From positions 4,047,814 through 4,111,813 of the forward strand of contig NC_134034.1 of NCBI RefSeq assembly GCF_964204645.1: DNA of 64,000 nucleotides. The letters run 5' to 3'. The notes below the pieces were generated by a model, which saw only the letters and a list, made by a program, of their open reading frames with translations, made no database searches and was not told the DNA's origin. Source of the stretch: Tubulanus polymorphus (taxonomy: Eukaryota > Animalia > Nemertea). Of this stretch, positions 1 to 12,397 are shown piece after piece (within the stretch, counting starts at the first letter, position 1; each line of letters starts with the position of its first letter). The position numbers were made by a program, and so were the translations under genes.

Positions 1-1062
1 AATAATTCCAATTACATCGCTACGGGAAGAGGCGTTTTCGACAATCTGACATCCTTAGTCTCCCTAACGTCTGACGCTTACAAATTTTGTTGTATGGCTC
101 CGAATGTTGACCAGTGTCTTCCCGAAGCTGATCAATTTTCCTCCTGTTCTGACCTGATGGGTAACACAGTCCTTAGAGCTATCATCTGGGTCATCGCTGC
201 GTTCAGTTTCTTCGCCAACACTTATGTTATTTTACTTCGCATTCAAGTACGATCATCCGACACGCGCAACAGGTCTTCTGACATCCTCATCGCGAATCTT
301 GCAGTCTGCGATTTTATGATGTCGATTTACTTGTTCTTGATCGCCGGTGCCGATTACGTTTACAAAGGAGTTTATTTCCTAAATTCTGAAATTTGGACGG
401 ACAGTTCGTTGTGTCGATTTGCTGGGATTTTAGTTACTGTATCTTGTGAAGGATCTTTGACTTTCTTGCTTCTCCTTACACGTCATCGATACTCAAATAT
501 TGTCGATCCATTTTCCGACAGTGTGATGATAACTCCTAAACACGTCACCAGTATTTGCTGCATTTGTTGGATCATTTTGAGCATCATTTCGTTGCTACCA
601 CTGTCACAATCGCCGTACTTCGGTACGAAGTTCTACGGCACAACCGGAGTTTGTTTGCCTATGAATTTGCTTACCATTGACGTAAATGCCTGGCATTATT
701 CATTGGCCATTTTCGCTGCAGCCAACTCTGTCATACTTGCAACAATAATGGGAACCTATGCCCAAATGTACAAACTTGTATCTGGAAGCAGGTCTAGCTC
801 AGGTAGAGCTGATCCTACCGAACTGGTTTTGGCACGCAGGAGTTTGGTGATAAATCTCTGTAATCTATTTTGCTGGCTGCCGTTAATTACCGTTCAGTTT
901 TGCGCAGTACTCCGTGTGGACATACCGAATCAGGTGGCGGCTTGGCTGGCGGTCCTTTTCTTACCGATCAACTCGTCCCTCAATCCCATTCTTTACACTA
1001 TACTGACTATCGATATGAAATCAATACGAGCAAAGAACAAACGCCTCCGAAGACAGAGATAG
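1..1062 (+). CDS. GRL101: GRL101-like / relaxin-receptor-like LRR-containing class A GPCR, 3' part (begins upstream of window)
   Basis: Frame is open from base 1: ...VFDNLTSLVSLTSDAYKFCCMAP..C.P..DQFSSCSDLM (end of LRR plus the LGR-C hinge). Then 7 TMs with LRAIIW, NLAVCDFMM..YL, FYGTTGVCLP, CWLP and LPINSSLNPILY. Stop TAG at 1060-1062. No intron in this part. Confidence 0.9.
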   Translation, partial: NNSNYIATGRGVFDNLTSLVSLTSDAYKFCCMAPNVDQCLPEADQFSSCSDLMGNTVLRAIIWVIAAFSFFANTYVILLRIQVRSSDTRNRSSDILIANLAVCDFMMSIYLFLIAGADYVYKGVYFLNSEIWTDSSLCRFAGILVTVSCEGSLTFLLLLTRHRYSNIVDPFSDSVMITPKHVTSICCICWIILSIISLLPLSQSPYFGTKFYGTTGVCLPMNLLTIDVNAWHYSLAIFAAANSVILATIMGTYAQMYKLVSGSRSSSGRADPTELVLARRSLVINLCNLFCWLPLITVQFCAVLRVDIPNQVAAWLAVLFLPINSSLNPILYTILTIDMKSIRAKNKRLRRQR

Positions 1063-2378
1063 ATGAATTAACTAAACTCAATCTTCACTGATAAACATCC
1101 GTTCCACATTACATGTCTGACGTATTGATAAATCTACTTAGTTCACCTTTCACAGTGTTTTATGAGATTAAGATCAATAGCCCTGATAAAGTATCATTAG
1201 CCACGATTAATGACAATTTTTAAACTTCCTTGATCTCTGACAACTATTCATCAGCACGGCCTTACCACTCCGTACAGGGAAGTAATGTTTTTGTTAGGCT
1301 TACATATCGAGCATTCTGGAGGGAAGATACAATACCCGAGCCACTGTTGGGTCCTGGATTCATCCATCAGGCCAAGTCCCGAGTTGCTCATGCTTGAGGT
1401 AGTCATACCCAAGGACAGGTTCGATAGTTTGCTCTTCAAACTAGCACAGCATAGATACCAGCTTAGATATAGAAGATCGAGTAATTTTATGAGAAATTTG
1501 GTCAGGCTACACTGAACGGTTTCAACGGGTTCACTGATACGGGTTCAACCAGCTGACGATGGAAAATCTGGACGAACAACCTCGGCATAGCGTCAACAAC
1601 ATTCGTGCTGGTATGTATTAACTAGACATTGCGCACTAAATAATCGATTATACAGATATCATAAAATGCACGTAAACATGTTCGGTCTCACAATTGAACG
1701 AAGTTTTTGAAACATTAAATGTTCCTGATGGATTGAAAATGTTTGCCTTATATATCATTATAATTCACACGTAGCACATGGGCGACTGCCTGAACCATGA
1801 CTAGCCGTAGGTCCGTGTAAAACATGCATGATACGCAGTCAACGGTGTAATTGTCATATCTCTTATAAACTGATCGACGTTGTTTCATCAAAGAATAAAT
1901 AAAATCACCGACAGTCTTAGTATTGCGTTTGTTAAATGACGTGGGTTGCAGTAGTTCAAGGAAGGTCTTTTCACAAAAGTTGATATTGAAATTGCTGCCG
2001 AGAACGACCCAACAAAACCTTATGAGCAAATAAAATGAGCAAGACGATTATTGCCACGAGAAGCGCCTGTGGTATTCATGTTCTAGGGGTCTTAAATGAG
2101 GAATTGGAAAACCTCACGATGCTTAGATGACGACTTTGTATATGCAATGGATAGCAGCAAAGCAAGTTAAACTAACTAGAATGCACCCATTACGCTTTGA
2201 ACGCTAGCTAGGATTTGAATGTAGAATAACCCGAAAAAATGGCCTAAATGAAAAACCCGATAAAACGATTCTTCGTATATCATGCCCTAAAAGCTATGAA
2301 ATGACCAAATCCTTTTCAGTCACAAGTGAAAGATTCTACATAAAATTTGTAAGCTTATGGGATAGAGTAATTTAAATA

Positions 2379-2420
2379 CTAGCAATATTTCGGGCGGTTT
2401 GTAACCCTTCTTCAGTCTAA
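2379..2420 (-). ncRNA. Minimal type I hammerhead ribozyme motif (Penelope-type), slightly degenerate
   Basis: Minus strand reads TTTAGA-CTGAAGA-A-GGG..CCC-GAAA-TA-TT-GCTAG: core intact, palindromic AATATT in place of stem III, first stem I pair mismatched. Confidence 0.5.
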
Positions 2421-3721
2421 AATGACACACAAATACACAGTGTGTATGAATATAAGCATGACATGAGACACGAATCACTGGTAGTAACCACCCAAATATA
2501 GTGTTTTGATTAACTCTTTAGGCATTGCTTCATTTGTTATGGATTTTGTGAGCTGAATCATACAACTACGTAAGTTCGATACGTAAGGTTGAACTGGATA
2601 CAGAAATATGCTCGAAATCTTTGATTTTACACAAAATATGAATCACTTACCTATTTAAAGCAATCAAATGGGATGAGGTGTCCTAACTTAAAGCGTTCAC
2701 CGCCGCATTGTCCGCTTCGTGATCTTTTTTCGGGTGTTCCTCTGTAAAGTACCAGTCGAACCCGGTACACTGTACATATACCTCGTATGGCGTGTTTGAT
2801 ACTGGCGTTGTCAAAATCAAAGACTGTAAATCTTTGTTCTCCGGCATCACACGAACGAATGCATCAATATCAATTTCGAGACGTATAATTCGTACTAATA
2901 ACTCCAGCAAACACGATACGATATGAAAACCGAGGTACACGCTAATAATGTACACTAAATAAAAAATCCCGTAAAGCGCCTAAAGCGCAGCAGGTATAAA
3001 GAGGGATTCTTCTCTCTTCAGATCCGACTGGAGACCAAAAAGGTCGATGTAAGTTCACTGCGCGACGCATCCTTACTTGTTAGCGATAGACCGTAGGGAA
3101 AACTAATCGAAGTTGATAAAGGAATTCGTGTCTTTTTTGGTGGAACTCTCGGTAACCGATTCACCATGATTAGAATATTATGAAATGCTCTTTTTTGTGC
3201 AAATGTGCAAAAGCTACCAAGAGTGTCTTGGTGATTATGCAGTAGCGTGCTGTTAACGAATGTCTGGCGTGTGCATGCATCCGTGTGTGCGTGTGTTTGT
3301 TTGTTTGTTTGTTAGTTCATTAGAAATACCCCAGATGAATAAGTTGATCAGGCAATATGTATACGATTTTTGTCGTTTTTCTTAATCGGTAAAAGAAATC
3401 CTGGATACATGTAAAGTGATTAGGCCTAGATTTTGAAAGTTTGCAGATAAGACGTATAATGTCTGAGTTATTAATTCATGTTTCAGGTGCAGTACTGAAC
3501 ACATGTGAAGTGTGATCGATTAGTTTTTGAAAGTGTCCTGATAAAATGCCTAATGCCTGGTGCTTGTAGCTTATGTCTCAGGTGCATTACTGTCAACATG
3601 GGTAGTGAGGACGATCAGTTTTTGAAAGTGTGATGATATAGTGGCTCATATCTGGTGTTTGTAGTCTCAGGTCTCAAGTTTGGAACACATGTGAAGTGTG
3701 AATGATCTGTACGAAGTGTGA

Positions 3722-3762
3722 ACGATAATAATAATAATGATAATAATAATAATGATAATAAC

Positions 3763-3821
<59 letters not shown>

Positions 3822-3825
3822 CGAT

Positions 3826-3910
<85 letters not shown>
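3722..3910. repeat. Compound microsatellite (AAT/GATAAT)n + (GACAAC)n; 3' tail of the adjacent LINE
   Basis: Directly visible. Explains the four low-complexity ORFs at 3615-3990. Confidence 0.95.
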
Positions 3911-3911
<1 letters not shown>

Positions 3912-4205
3912 GTTCACCGGCGCACTGCATTGGTTCATAGTCACTAAGTATAGGCACGTTGAAAGAGTAGATGTTTTAGTGAACGTTTAAACTGGTTGAC
4001 ATCGTGAATATTACGCAGGTGGTTATCAATGTTATTCCAAAGGGAAGCAGCAACTACAGTAAATGAACGTCCACTAAAAGTACTTAGGTTGTAATGGGCT
4101 GGAGACAGTAAATTTTGAGATGATGATCTTAGTGCACGAACTGGATTGTACTGAACGAGTAGATCTTTCAAGTAGACTGGAGCCAACAAGTGGAGGCACT
4201 TAAAA
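3911..4205 (-). mobile_element. L2/CR1-group LINE 3' end fragment
   Basis: LAPVYLKDLL..YNPVRALRSS..LL.....FSGRSF.VVAASLWNN.....R......FKRSLKHLLF is the typical L2-group ORF2 C-terminus, followed by a short 3' UTR and a microsatellite tail. Confidence 0.85.
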
Positions 4206-4902
4206 CGATTGTGAATTTTGCAAACTTAAAATTACAATTACAATTAGTTTATTTACTCCACAATTATACAATTGCACAGAGAACAAAATTATTTTACAAT
4301 ATACATTGCAACATATAACATTAGAAATATTGTATTAAACATTTGCGTATATACAACGCCAGTTTTTTAAGGGTTTGGCAATTTGAGTTGAACAAATCAT
4401 ACAACTTTACGTTATTGGGGAATCTCCAATAACGCTCCGGGATGTATCTAGCTCTGGATTCCTTCATTCTCTGTTGGTCAACTAATCGCCCTAATTTGCT
4501 GAAATATTAATGGCACCAACACTGATGAATTAATAACGTTTTTAAACGAATCCGTAAGTATAGAGGAAGCTTTAAACGTATAGTGCTTTTTTGCTTGTCA
4601 AACTACCTTTAGGCCGAAAAAGCCTCAATATTGATTAAACAATATTCATAGGTACTTACAGATGGAAACGACCTCGATGTTTTGATTTCCCATGTGAAAC
4701 GGCAATGTTAACAGAATAAAACGATTTGTTGAAAGATGCATGTAGTTTCAATTGTCCGAAGGGTTATATATCCTTGCGGCTGTGCGAATTAACGATCAGA
4801 TGTAATTTGAGGAAGGTAACCAGTCAACAGTACTAAAAATACGGTTTCAAGTTGCGTGAAGTGAATCAAACTCATGAAGTGAATCAAACTTAAAATCAGT
4901 GG

Positions 4903-5914
4903 TTATTTGACTGAATCTCTATAGCGGATTTTCATACAGAAATATTCACGAATTTCTCGTCCCAGTAAAAGATATAAGTAGAAATTTACCACATAGTTAC
5001 AAACTTGAAATTGAAAAAATATGTCATATAGAAAATCTTTCTGTTCCGGTGAGATTGGCAACAATGTAGTAATAGCGGATGGAAGTGTAAATATTGCAAA
5101 TGCGAGTGAAACAGTTACAAGCATTATTGTTGTACGTTTTGATTTTGTAGTTTTCTGATCAGACGAAACCCTATTTGAACCTCGAAATAACTGAATTATT
5201 ATAACATAATTTGAAGTTAGAATCAAGGTTAAAGGCAAAACAAAAACTTGGACGACAAATACTGAGAAATATGTTGTTTGGTCAATTAACTCATAGTAAC
5301 ATCCGAAAAACTGGTCAACAAAATGTATCGACATAGCAGGTGTGAGATATAACTAGTACATTTACTACAGTAATTGTCAATATAGTTAATCTTAGCGAAT
5401 CTCGATGTACATATCAAACGAGATGTGAACGGGAAGAGCATAACTGCCGAACGTTCTAGAGATATCGCTACAATTAACCACGAACTATTGACGACAGTAA
5501 TCGCAAATACAAATTCATATATCTGACAACTGATCAATGAATTCATCATGGATATTGAACAGCCTCTCACGTGCAAGACAAGCTGTAAAACAGGCATCAG
5601 AGTATAATTGATGCAGGAAATGGAATAACTGACGGACAAAACGATCAGATAGTTAGCGTAAGAAAAACTGTGGAATCTTCGACTTATCATTATCAGAAGT
5701 GTAGCCGAATTTCCGAAGGCTCCAAACAGGAACAAGTTAGGCAGCGAGACCAATGACACAGTACGGTAGATTCCAGACCTGTTAACCACAGACATGATAA
5801 TTGCTGTACGTTCGACCAATCTGCACCTGAGTTGTATTCATAATTCACAATAATCAACTCATCCACGCGTGGACTAACCGACGCGTGGATTGACTGACGC
5901 AAATTCCATGTCAT
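4903..5914 (-). pseudogene. Rhodopsin-type peptide GPCR (FMRFamide-receptor-like family), frameshifted
   Basis: 7TM motifs are split over three frames: GAFGNSATL (TM1), YLIVLS (TM2), SSWLIVAISLERS (TM3), FAIFTLP (TM6), NYVVNFYLY (TM7). Frameshifts near 5760 and 5340-5380. Confidence 0.8.
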
Positions 5915-7153
5915 ATCCTCACAATCTATTATTGTTCCGATGAAATGAAAAATCTATTCTTGAAATTTAACAAAATAGACATAGTCATATTTATTAAGTT
6001 AACCATTGCGTAAAATATGAATGTTACTAATTTTAATATTGATATTCCTTGGAAAAGGATTCCCTATAAACGGTTAAATGTTATCTAGTAAAACACCTGA
6101 GCAGTAGGAGTTCAATTCGTTCAAAGTACATCAGAAATAAACAGCAAGATTTAAGTGCAACTTAGGTAGAATTCATGGTGATTAAGATACTCGATCAAAA
6201 ACACAATGGTGAGTTCTTAAAGACAATCTCTAAGAATAGATGAAGCATTGCCTCCCTTGGGTAAAGGATTCAATGATCACATTTTCGAGCAGAGATGATG
6301 AACAACCATTAGATAATCAAGCAACAAAGGATCATACATACACTGAGAGGTTGAGGTCTCGAGGTCATTACATGAAAGCTACGTTGACGGAAATACTACG
6401 GCTGGGGAAATAATAAGGCAAACATCAATTTGGAAAGTGTTTTAAAAATGAAAGGTGGTAAAATGTTAATGAAACCACGGCCTAGAAGAATTATATTTTC
6501 CACTGTGAAAGATCGTATACAGTGTGTCTCCGAAAATACACATAATACACTGTCCTTCACATCCAGATCAGTCGAAAGTGTTGTGGCAGAGTAGGGCCAC
6601 GGAAATATTTCTTGACAAAAATGATCTCGCCATAAAGATCAATTTCCCACGAAATATATTTCGCAATTTCAAAGAATTCCATCATAGAAATAGTTCCATC
6701 GAATAATATTCGTACATGAAAATAATTCCACCATGAAAAATAAATCGCATTCAAAATTTTTAAATGTTAGTACCTGAAAATAGTTTCCTATGCGAAAATA
6801 GATAGTCGTTGATTCATGCGAGTAAGAATGATTCCATTATGAAAGATGAATTATACCGAAATTATATTCAGCTTTCAGATTCAATTTTCATGGTGGAATT
6901 ATTTTCACTTACAAATATTATTTGATTACCTTTCCTTTTTATATAAATAAATAGATTCCCTTCTCTTTGGACACTTTTTGTGAAGGGTTATTTTTTTGTG
7001 TTATACATAAACACAAATTGAATATGAATATTCGTTGAACAGGAATTCATCGTAGATTGTGGAATAACTCATAGTAAAACGTACGAACAGGTTGGAATTC
7101 AAAATCACTGGAAATAGATTTCATTAATCAAGAATTAAAATCAATGCAAAATA

Positions 7154-7197
7154 CACGACGTTTCGAACACTCATCAGTCAGAGCTCATCGTCAGGTG
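7154..7197 (-). ncRNA. Minimal type I hammerhead ribozyme (Penelope-type)
   Basis: Minus strand CAC-CTGACGA-T-GAGC(loop)GTTC-GAAA-CG-TC-GTG: complete core, stems I and II pair, palindromic ACGT. Confidence 0.7.
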
Positions 7198-8189
7198 GAA
7201 TACGTTTTCACCTTCTCGATTAGTTCTAAGTGCGAGGTGGCATCAGACCACAATTAGGTTAGTAGCTCGAAGATGCGTGTACCTAGACTGAAAAAGAGGT
7301 CCCCTATAAATGTTTCCATAATTTCTGCAAATGGGATAGGTAACGAATTTCGGCAGAATGCCCAGTGCATTTCTACCTGTTAGCTGGAAAATCAGATCAA
7401 ACTCGTGCCTCAATGTGGTTGGACGACTATCACAGATATCGGAGGTCCAAAATCCGATGTCAGTTTACACGCACGGACATCAAATTATAAATCTATTTCA
7501 ATTATTTTAGTAATTTTCAATCTTTATTTGAATGATATAATGCAAATTTGCTTTTTCATTAATTAATATCAATCTAATAGAATAAATTGAATGACAATTT
7601 ATAGTGATGATTCTAAAACTTGATGCAGTTTGTCAATCTTTATAATGAATCTTTAGAATGAAGCAATACAATCATCATAAAAGATGAATTCGAAATAAAC
7701 GAAAAATATAAAACATATATAAAAAACTTTTTACCTGTTTGTATTTGTGTGTTGTTTAGAAAAATGAACAACAAAAAATGAAAATATTAAATGATTTGTG
7801 GAAAGAAGATGTCAATTGACCAAACTGTTGTAACTTTGCAGCTCTATAAGCCAATGATTGATCCTTCGATCTTTTCATTTACTGAATGTCACTGTAACCA
7901 GGCCACAGTTTGAATACGGTGTCGACATTTTGTGGGGTGGAGGGGATATGAGGGGAGAATGAGAGTAGATTTAATGATTGGAATGCAGAGGAAGTCAGAG
8001 TTCAAAGTAACCATTTTACACTGATTATTTCAAGTTATCTAAGCAACTTAGTTTTTCCGGAATCGTAAACCAGACCCTTCTCCCTCCACCCCTCCCCATC
8101 TCCCTCGGATACATGTTCCTGTTTTCATTTCACAACGATTCCGTCATTATCACAAGTTTCTTGTCAGGTTCATTGTCACGAATTTTCAA

Positions 8190-8995
8190 GCGCTATTGTT
8201 GTACGTTTCGATTCTGTAGTTTTCTTATCAGACGAAACCATCTTTGAACCTCTGAATAACTGAACTATTATTGGAGAATTTCATATTAGAATGAAAAGTA
8301 AAGGCAGCACGAAACCGTAGGTACAAAGTGGAGTAAGAAATATCATAACTGCCGCACGTTCTAGAGATGCGGCTACTAACAACCACGAGCTGCTAAAAGT
8401 GGCAACCGCCATCAACATTCATATACTTTACAACTAATCAGTGAATGCTAGAATATAAGACTAGTGTTTAAAATTCAGGAGAACAAACAGTAAAACAGGC
8501 CTCAGTGTAAAATCTATACAGTACAAGAAATCACAGACTGCCAAAATTATCAGATAGTTAGCGTAAGATAAACTGCAGAATCTACGACTGATCATTTTGA
8601 AGAAAGTGGCTGAATTCCCAAAGACGCCCAACAGACACACGAGAGGAAGAATGACCACTCGACGTACATAGTACGGTAGGTTCCAGACCTGCTCTCCACC
8701 GACATGAGAACGAGGTAACTGTTGATAGCGTGTTCGACCAATTTGAATCCGAGTTGAATTCATGATTCACAAGAATTAACTCCTGACACATAATGCGGTA
8801 AGCTCCAGACCTGTTAATAGCAGACATTATGGCAATGTATAATATATTAACTGCTCTAACGTCGACCAATCTGCATCTGAGTTGAATCTATGATTTATGA
8901 TATACGTAGATAACTGTCGGAGTTGGTGACTGACTGTATCAATAGACTGACGCAGATTACAATACGTATCGTCGAATCTCACAATCTATTGTTCG
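8190..8995 (-). pseudogene. Second, more decayed paralog of the peptide GPCR
   Basis: Aligns with 5125-5935 (GVFGNSATFFKMISRRFCSLSYANYLIILAVCD). Has stops, a diverged duplication of the N-terminal ~120 bp, a deletion of the TM4-ECL2 segment and is truncated before TM6. Confidence 0.8.
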
Positions 8996-9190
8996 CATCA
9001 GCGTGGAGAGTAGAAAATAAAAAGACAACATAACCCACTTTGTACTGATTGGCATTTTAAAAATCGAGAATTTGTTCAAAAAATTAGAATGACACGACGT
9101 TTCGATCTCCACGCACGAGATCATACCGTTGTTTATTGGACAATACCCGCCTGGTACACTGCACCTGGCAAGCAGCTAGAATAAATTTTA

Positions 9191-10032
9191 AACAAGAGCC
9201 CCAAGGAGCACTATGGCTGGCCTGTCAGCTTTTCAGAAAATGGCAAATGATGATGCATTCTGTGGGTTAGATTTGTCAAAATACACTCCCAGCTGAGAGT
9301 CAATACCTAATAATATACACAATACAATCGTAGAATACAAAAGTAGCACAGACAGCAACTGGATCTGGCAGGAACAAATACCTCAGATAAATCTTTTCCC
9401 GTGGTCTTATTGATTTTAATGCGGAATAGAATTGAATTTTCTGAAATTTGCTCAATAAAATAAAATTGAATTGGATTTGATATTTTTTGCAGAATAAAAT
9501 TTGATTTAATTTGTAGTTTGAGCACATGGCTAATTAGCATATCAAGGTCATCTATCCGATCTAAGAAAAAGCTATTTTTTCCGGACTTTGCACAATGGTC
9601 AATGATATTTTCTGTAGTGCTAATAAAAATATTCCTCCCAAAAACCAACTAAAGCTTTCACAGAAATCGATCTTGAAATACAGTTTTAGATCTAAAAATA
9701 AAACCAGGAAGTAAAACGGTAGACGATACCGCGGGTTCACGTGAACACCTGCTGATTTCTGCGGCTAAGCCAATCATAGAGGAGTCTTTGCTTTCAGATT
9801 GGCTTTTCAAAACCAATATTTTTGCGATCAGATATTCGCGAAAAAGCTCATATAGATTTTAGCGAGGCCCTATTTCAAAATTCAGCTACGTAGAGTTTGG
9901 AGAATGGATAATGCTTTAATGAATGATTTGTATGAATATATGCTCAGTTGCACAGACAAAGAGGCTTTGCTCATGTCATTTAAATTGGCTCCATTTGTAT
10001 AGTAATAGGCTCAGCCTACGGCTGGCCTAAAA
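9191..10032 (-). mobile_element. Helentron-associated non-autonomous element (HINE/DINE-1-like), second family
   Basis: One end AACAAGAGCCCCAAGGAGCAC (hairpin) next to GGCTGGCCT; other end AGGCTCAGCCTACGGCTGGCCTAAAAA (inverted repeat plus subterminal repeat); inserted in A/T runs. Confidence 0.55.
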
Positions 10033-10312
10033 ATCGCCCATACCTCATCGGAATCTCTGATGATCCATACTTCAACATGTGTTGGCCAGCTTTATTATTT
10101 ATCACGTATCGGTAGATACGTGATTACTAAGCCACATTCAGAAACTAGCGTCAATTAGTGTAATTTCCCCTTGATTATAAACCTAGTTTTTAAAGTCTGT
10201 AAATTAATTCGTTTCAATCGCAGTGTCACATTTGGCGTAGGATATCCTTATTAAAATTCGACGCATTACATAATACATTTATGTGTCGAAGGCGAAATAG
10301 AGCGATACAATA

Positions 10313-11701
10313 ATGAAAATAGTGTTGGACGATACGTCTGGAATTCTGGGTGAAAAAGATGTAACCGTTGGTAATATTGAGTATGGAGCCATTGGTGACC
10401 ATATCGTTAACCAGTCTAATCAAACGGTTGACCAGTCTGAATTACTACCAAATGAGGATCAACCGCCAGGTGAATCTTCTCGTAACATCCGCTACGAGGG
10501 AAACCCTCTGCTTATTGTCTGTATCGTAGGTTTTGCTTCACTTATCGTCAATACGACATCGGGAACATTCATTGCTGTAGTAAGTGAACTGCAAGGTGGA
10601 TTCCGTAATAACTCATTATCTGCTGATAAACATATCGCTGGAAATGTGGCCATCACTAAAGCTGGGTTCGATGTTGGGTTGATACTAGGAGGCGTTCTGT
10701 GTGGTAGATTGACGTTCAAATATGGCCATGTTGTCCCGTTCTGGTTTGGGCTGATATCGGGACTGGTAACCATTTTGATTTCAGCTTTCTCGTCGATTTG
10801 GTGGATATTCGCGATTCTGGATTCGTTAATCGGGGTTTCCTTGTCGTTCATTTCGAATGCCGGAGCGACAATGGTAGCGATTGCATTCAAGGATAAAGAC
10901 AAGAGAGTTTCTGCGTTAGCTGTAGTGTACGGTATGAATTACGCCGCACCTGAAATTGGTTACACCGTCCGTCTATATGAAATTAAAGTTATCGGTTACG
11001 CGGTATCATTTTGGATGCTTTTCGGTGCCTTAATGATGGTTATCGCGCTACGAGCTTTTGTCAGAATAGACAACAACATCAGCGCGGGAATTTCCGAGGA
11101 AAAAAATATTCATCTCGAACTGGTAAAATCAATGTTAACGGACGCGCAAACATTAGTGCTGTTGGGTTCCGATTGCGTCTATCTCTTTAGCATGGCAATT
11201 CATTACTTGTATATGCCTCTCTTGATTAAGCAAGTCTCGTTTGACGTAGAACATTGGCAGATAGGTATACTGCTATTGGTTGCGACGGTCTTTTATCTGC
11301 TGAGTTCAAATACATTTGGATTACTGGTGACGAAAACCAGAAATTATCGTTGGATTTATTTCATAATCTATTGTCTGATGGCGACTATTTCATCCGTTTC
11401 ATATATGCTCATAAGAAATGTTTGGCAAGCGTTTGGTAGCTCTATTATCGGTTACTTATCGTTTGGTCTCTTCACTAGCTTTTATTTTTCCTGGCTTTCT
11501 GATGTTGCTGATACAAAATTTGATGGAAATTATGAAACCATATATGCAATAGATTCCACCATATCACGTCTGGTAACGGTAATACTAACGTTGATAATGG
11601 GTGCTATACAACCCTATATTGGTTATCCGGCAATATTCATCTGTGTCGGTATTTTAAATTTCATCTACTCTTTTAGTTCCCTAGCTTTAAGAGATATTTG
11701 A
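10313..11701 (+). CDS. MFS transporter, divergent SLC18 (vesicular amine/acetylcholine transporter)-like, intronless, 462 aa
   Basis: About 12 hydrophobic segments; motif-A-like GRLTFKYGH; SLC18-like blocks MLTDAQTLVLLGS, HWQIGILLL and ADTKFDGNYETIYAID. Confidence 0.8.
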   Translation: MKIVLDDTSGILGEKDVTVGNIEYGAIGDHIVNQSNQTVDQSELLPNEDQPPGESSRNIRYEGNPLLIVCIVGFASLIVNTTSGTFIAVVSELQGGFRNNSLSADKHIAGNVAITKAGFDVGLILGGVLCGRLTFKYGHVVPFWFGLISGLVTILISAFSSIWWIFAILDSLIGVSLSFISNAGATMVAIAFKDKDKRVSALAVVYGMNYAAPEIGYTVRLYEIKVIGYAVSFWMLFGALMMVIALRAFVRIDNNISAGISEEKNIHLELVKSMLTDAQTLVLLGSDCVYLFSMAIHYLYMPLLIKQVSFDVEHWQIGILLLVATVFYLLSSNTFGLLVTKTRNYRWIYFIIYCLMATISSVSYMLIRNVWQAFGSSIIGYLSFGLFTSFYFSWLSDVADTKFDGNYETIYAIDSTISRLVTVILTLIMGAIQPYIGYPAIFICVGILNFIYSFSSLALRDI

Positions 11702-12397
11702 TTTAGAGTGTGAAGTTTGCTCACGCATCAAAACCAATCGATGCTCATCCACTTCAAACACCAGCGGTCAAACCACAAGTTGGATCACCCGAGCATTTGA
11801 CTCATCTTCGTTAAGAAAAATGGGCATTGAAATCACTTGCATCTTCGGGACCACTATTTAAGCAGGGTTTCCAGCGGTCCTTCCAAGTCATTCTTTGTCC
11901 TTTTGGAAAAACGTCCGGACAAACAAAATCTTTATCCTTCTTTTTGACTCTAAGTCTTTCCATTTTGATGAAAAATTCCTCCATTTCTATGTATTTTCCA
12001 CGCGCAATTTAACGGTCTAAAATTGCCGAAAAGGTCATTCGTACGAAGTATGTTTTTTTGCCCTGGTCTCACCACTGGAAACCCTTCTAAGGTTGGTTTC
12101 AACTTTTTACCTTCAAGGATAAATCTAGCTCCCTGCTGGCCTCTATCATCTATCAATTCCAATACTTGGATGATCCAAGTTGTGTTTAGAGGTAAAACTA
12201 TAAGAGATACCTTCAAGCAGACAACCATGTTGAGCATATTTCGACCAATAGTGCAATTCACACTGCAGCTTGTTTTGTCACAAATGTACCCCTGGCCATC
12301 TTTACAAGAGTTTTCAAGTTTTCACCTTAAATCGGTTCATAGTCACTTAGATTTGTAGATTTGTGAAGCACCATTCATCAAATCACACAATCCTTCC

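Noticed and set aside
3615-3990. Poly-L/V/I/N/T ORFs (also 39060-39302)
   Set aside because: These are translations of microsatellite LINE tails.
11720-12340. Coding-looking minus-strand stretch downstream of the transporter
   Set aside because: Interrupted frames and no motif I can assign. Possibly a TE relic, but unsupported.
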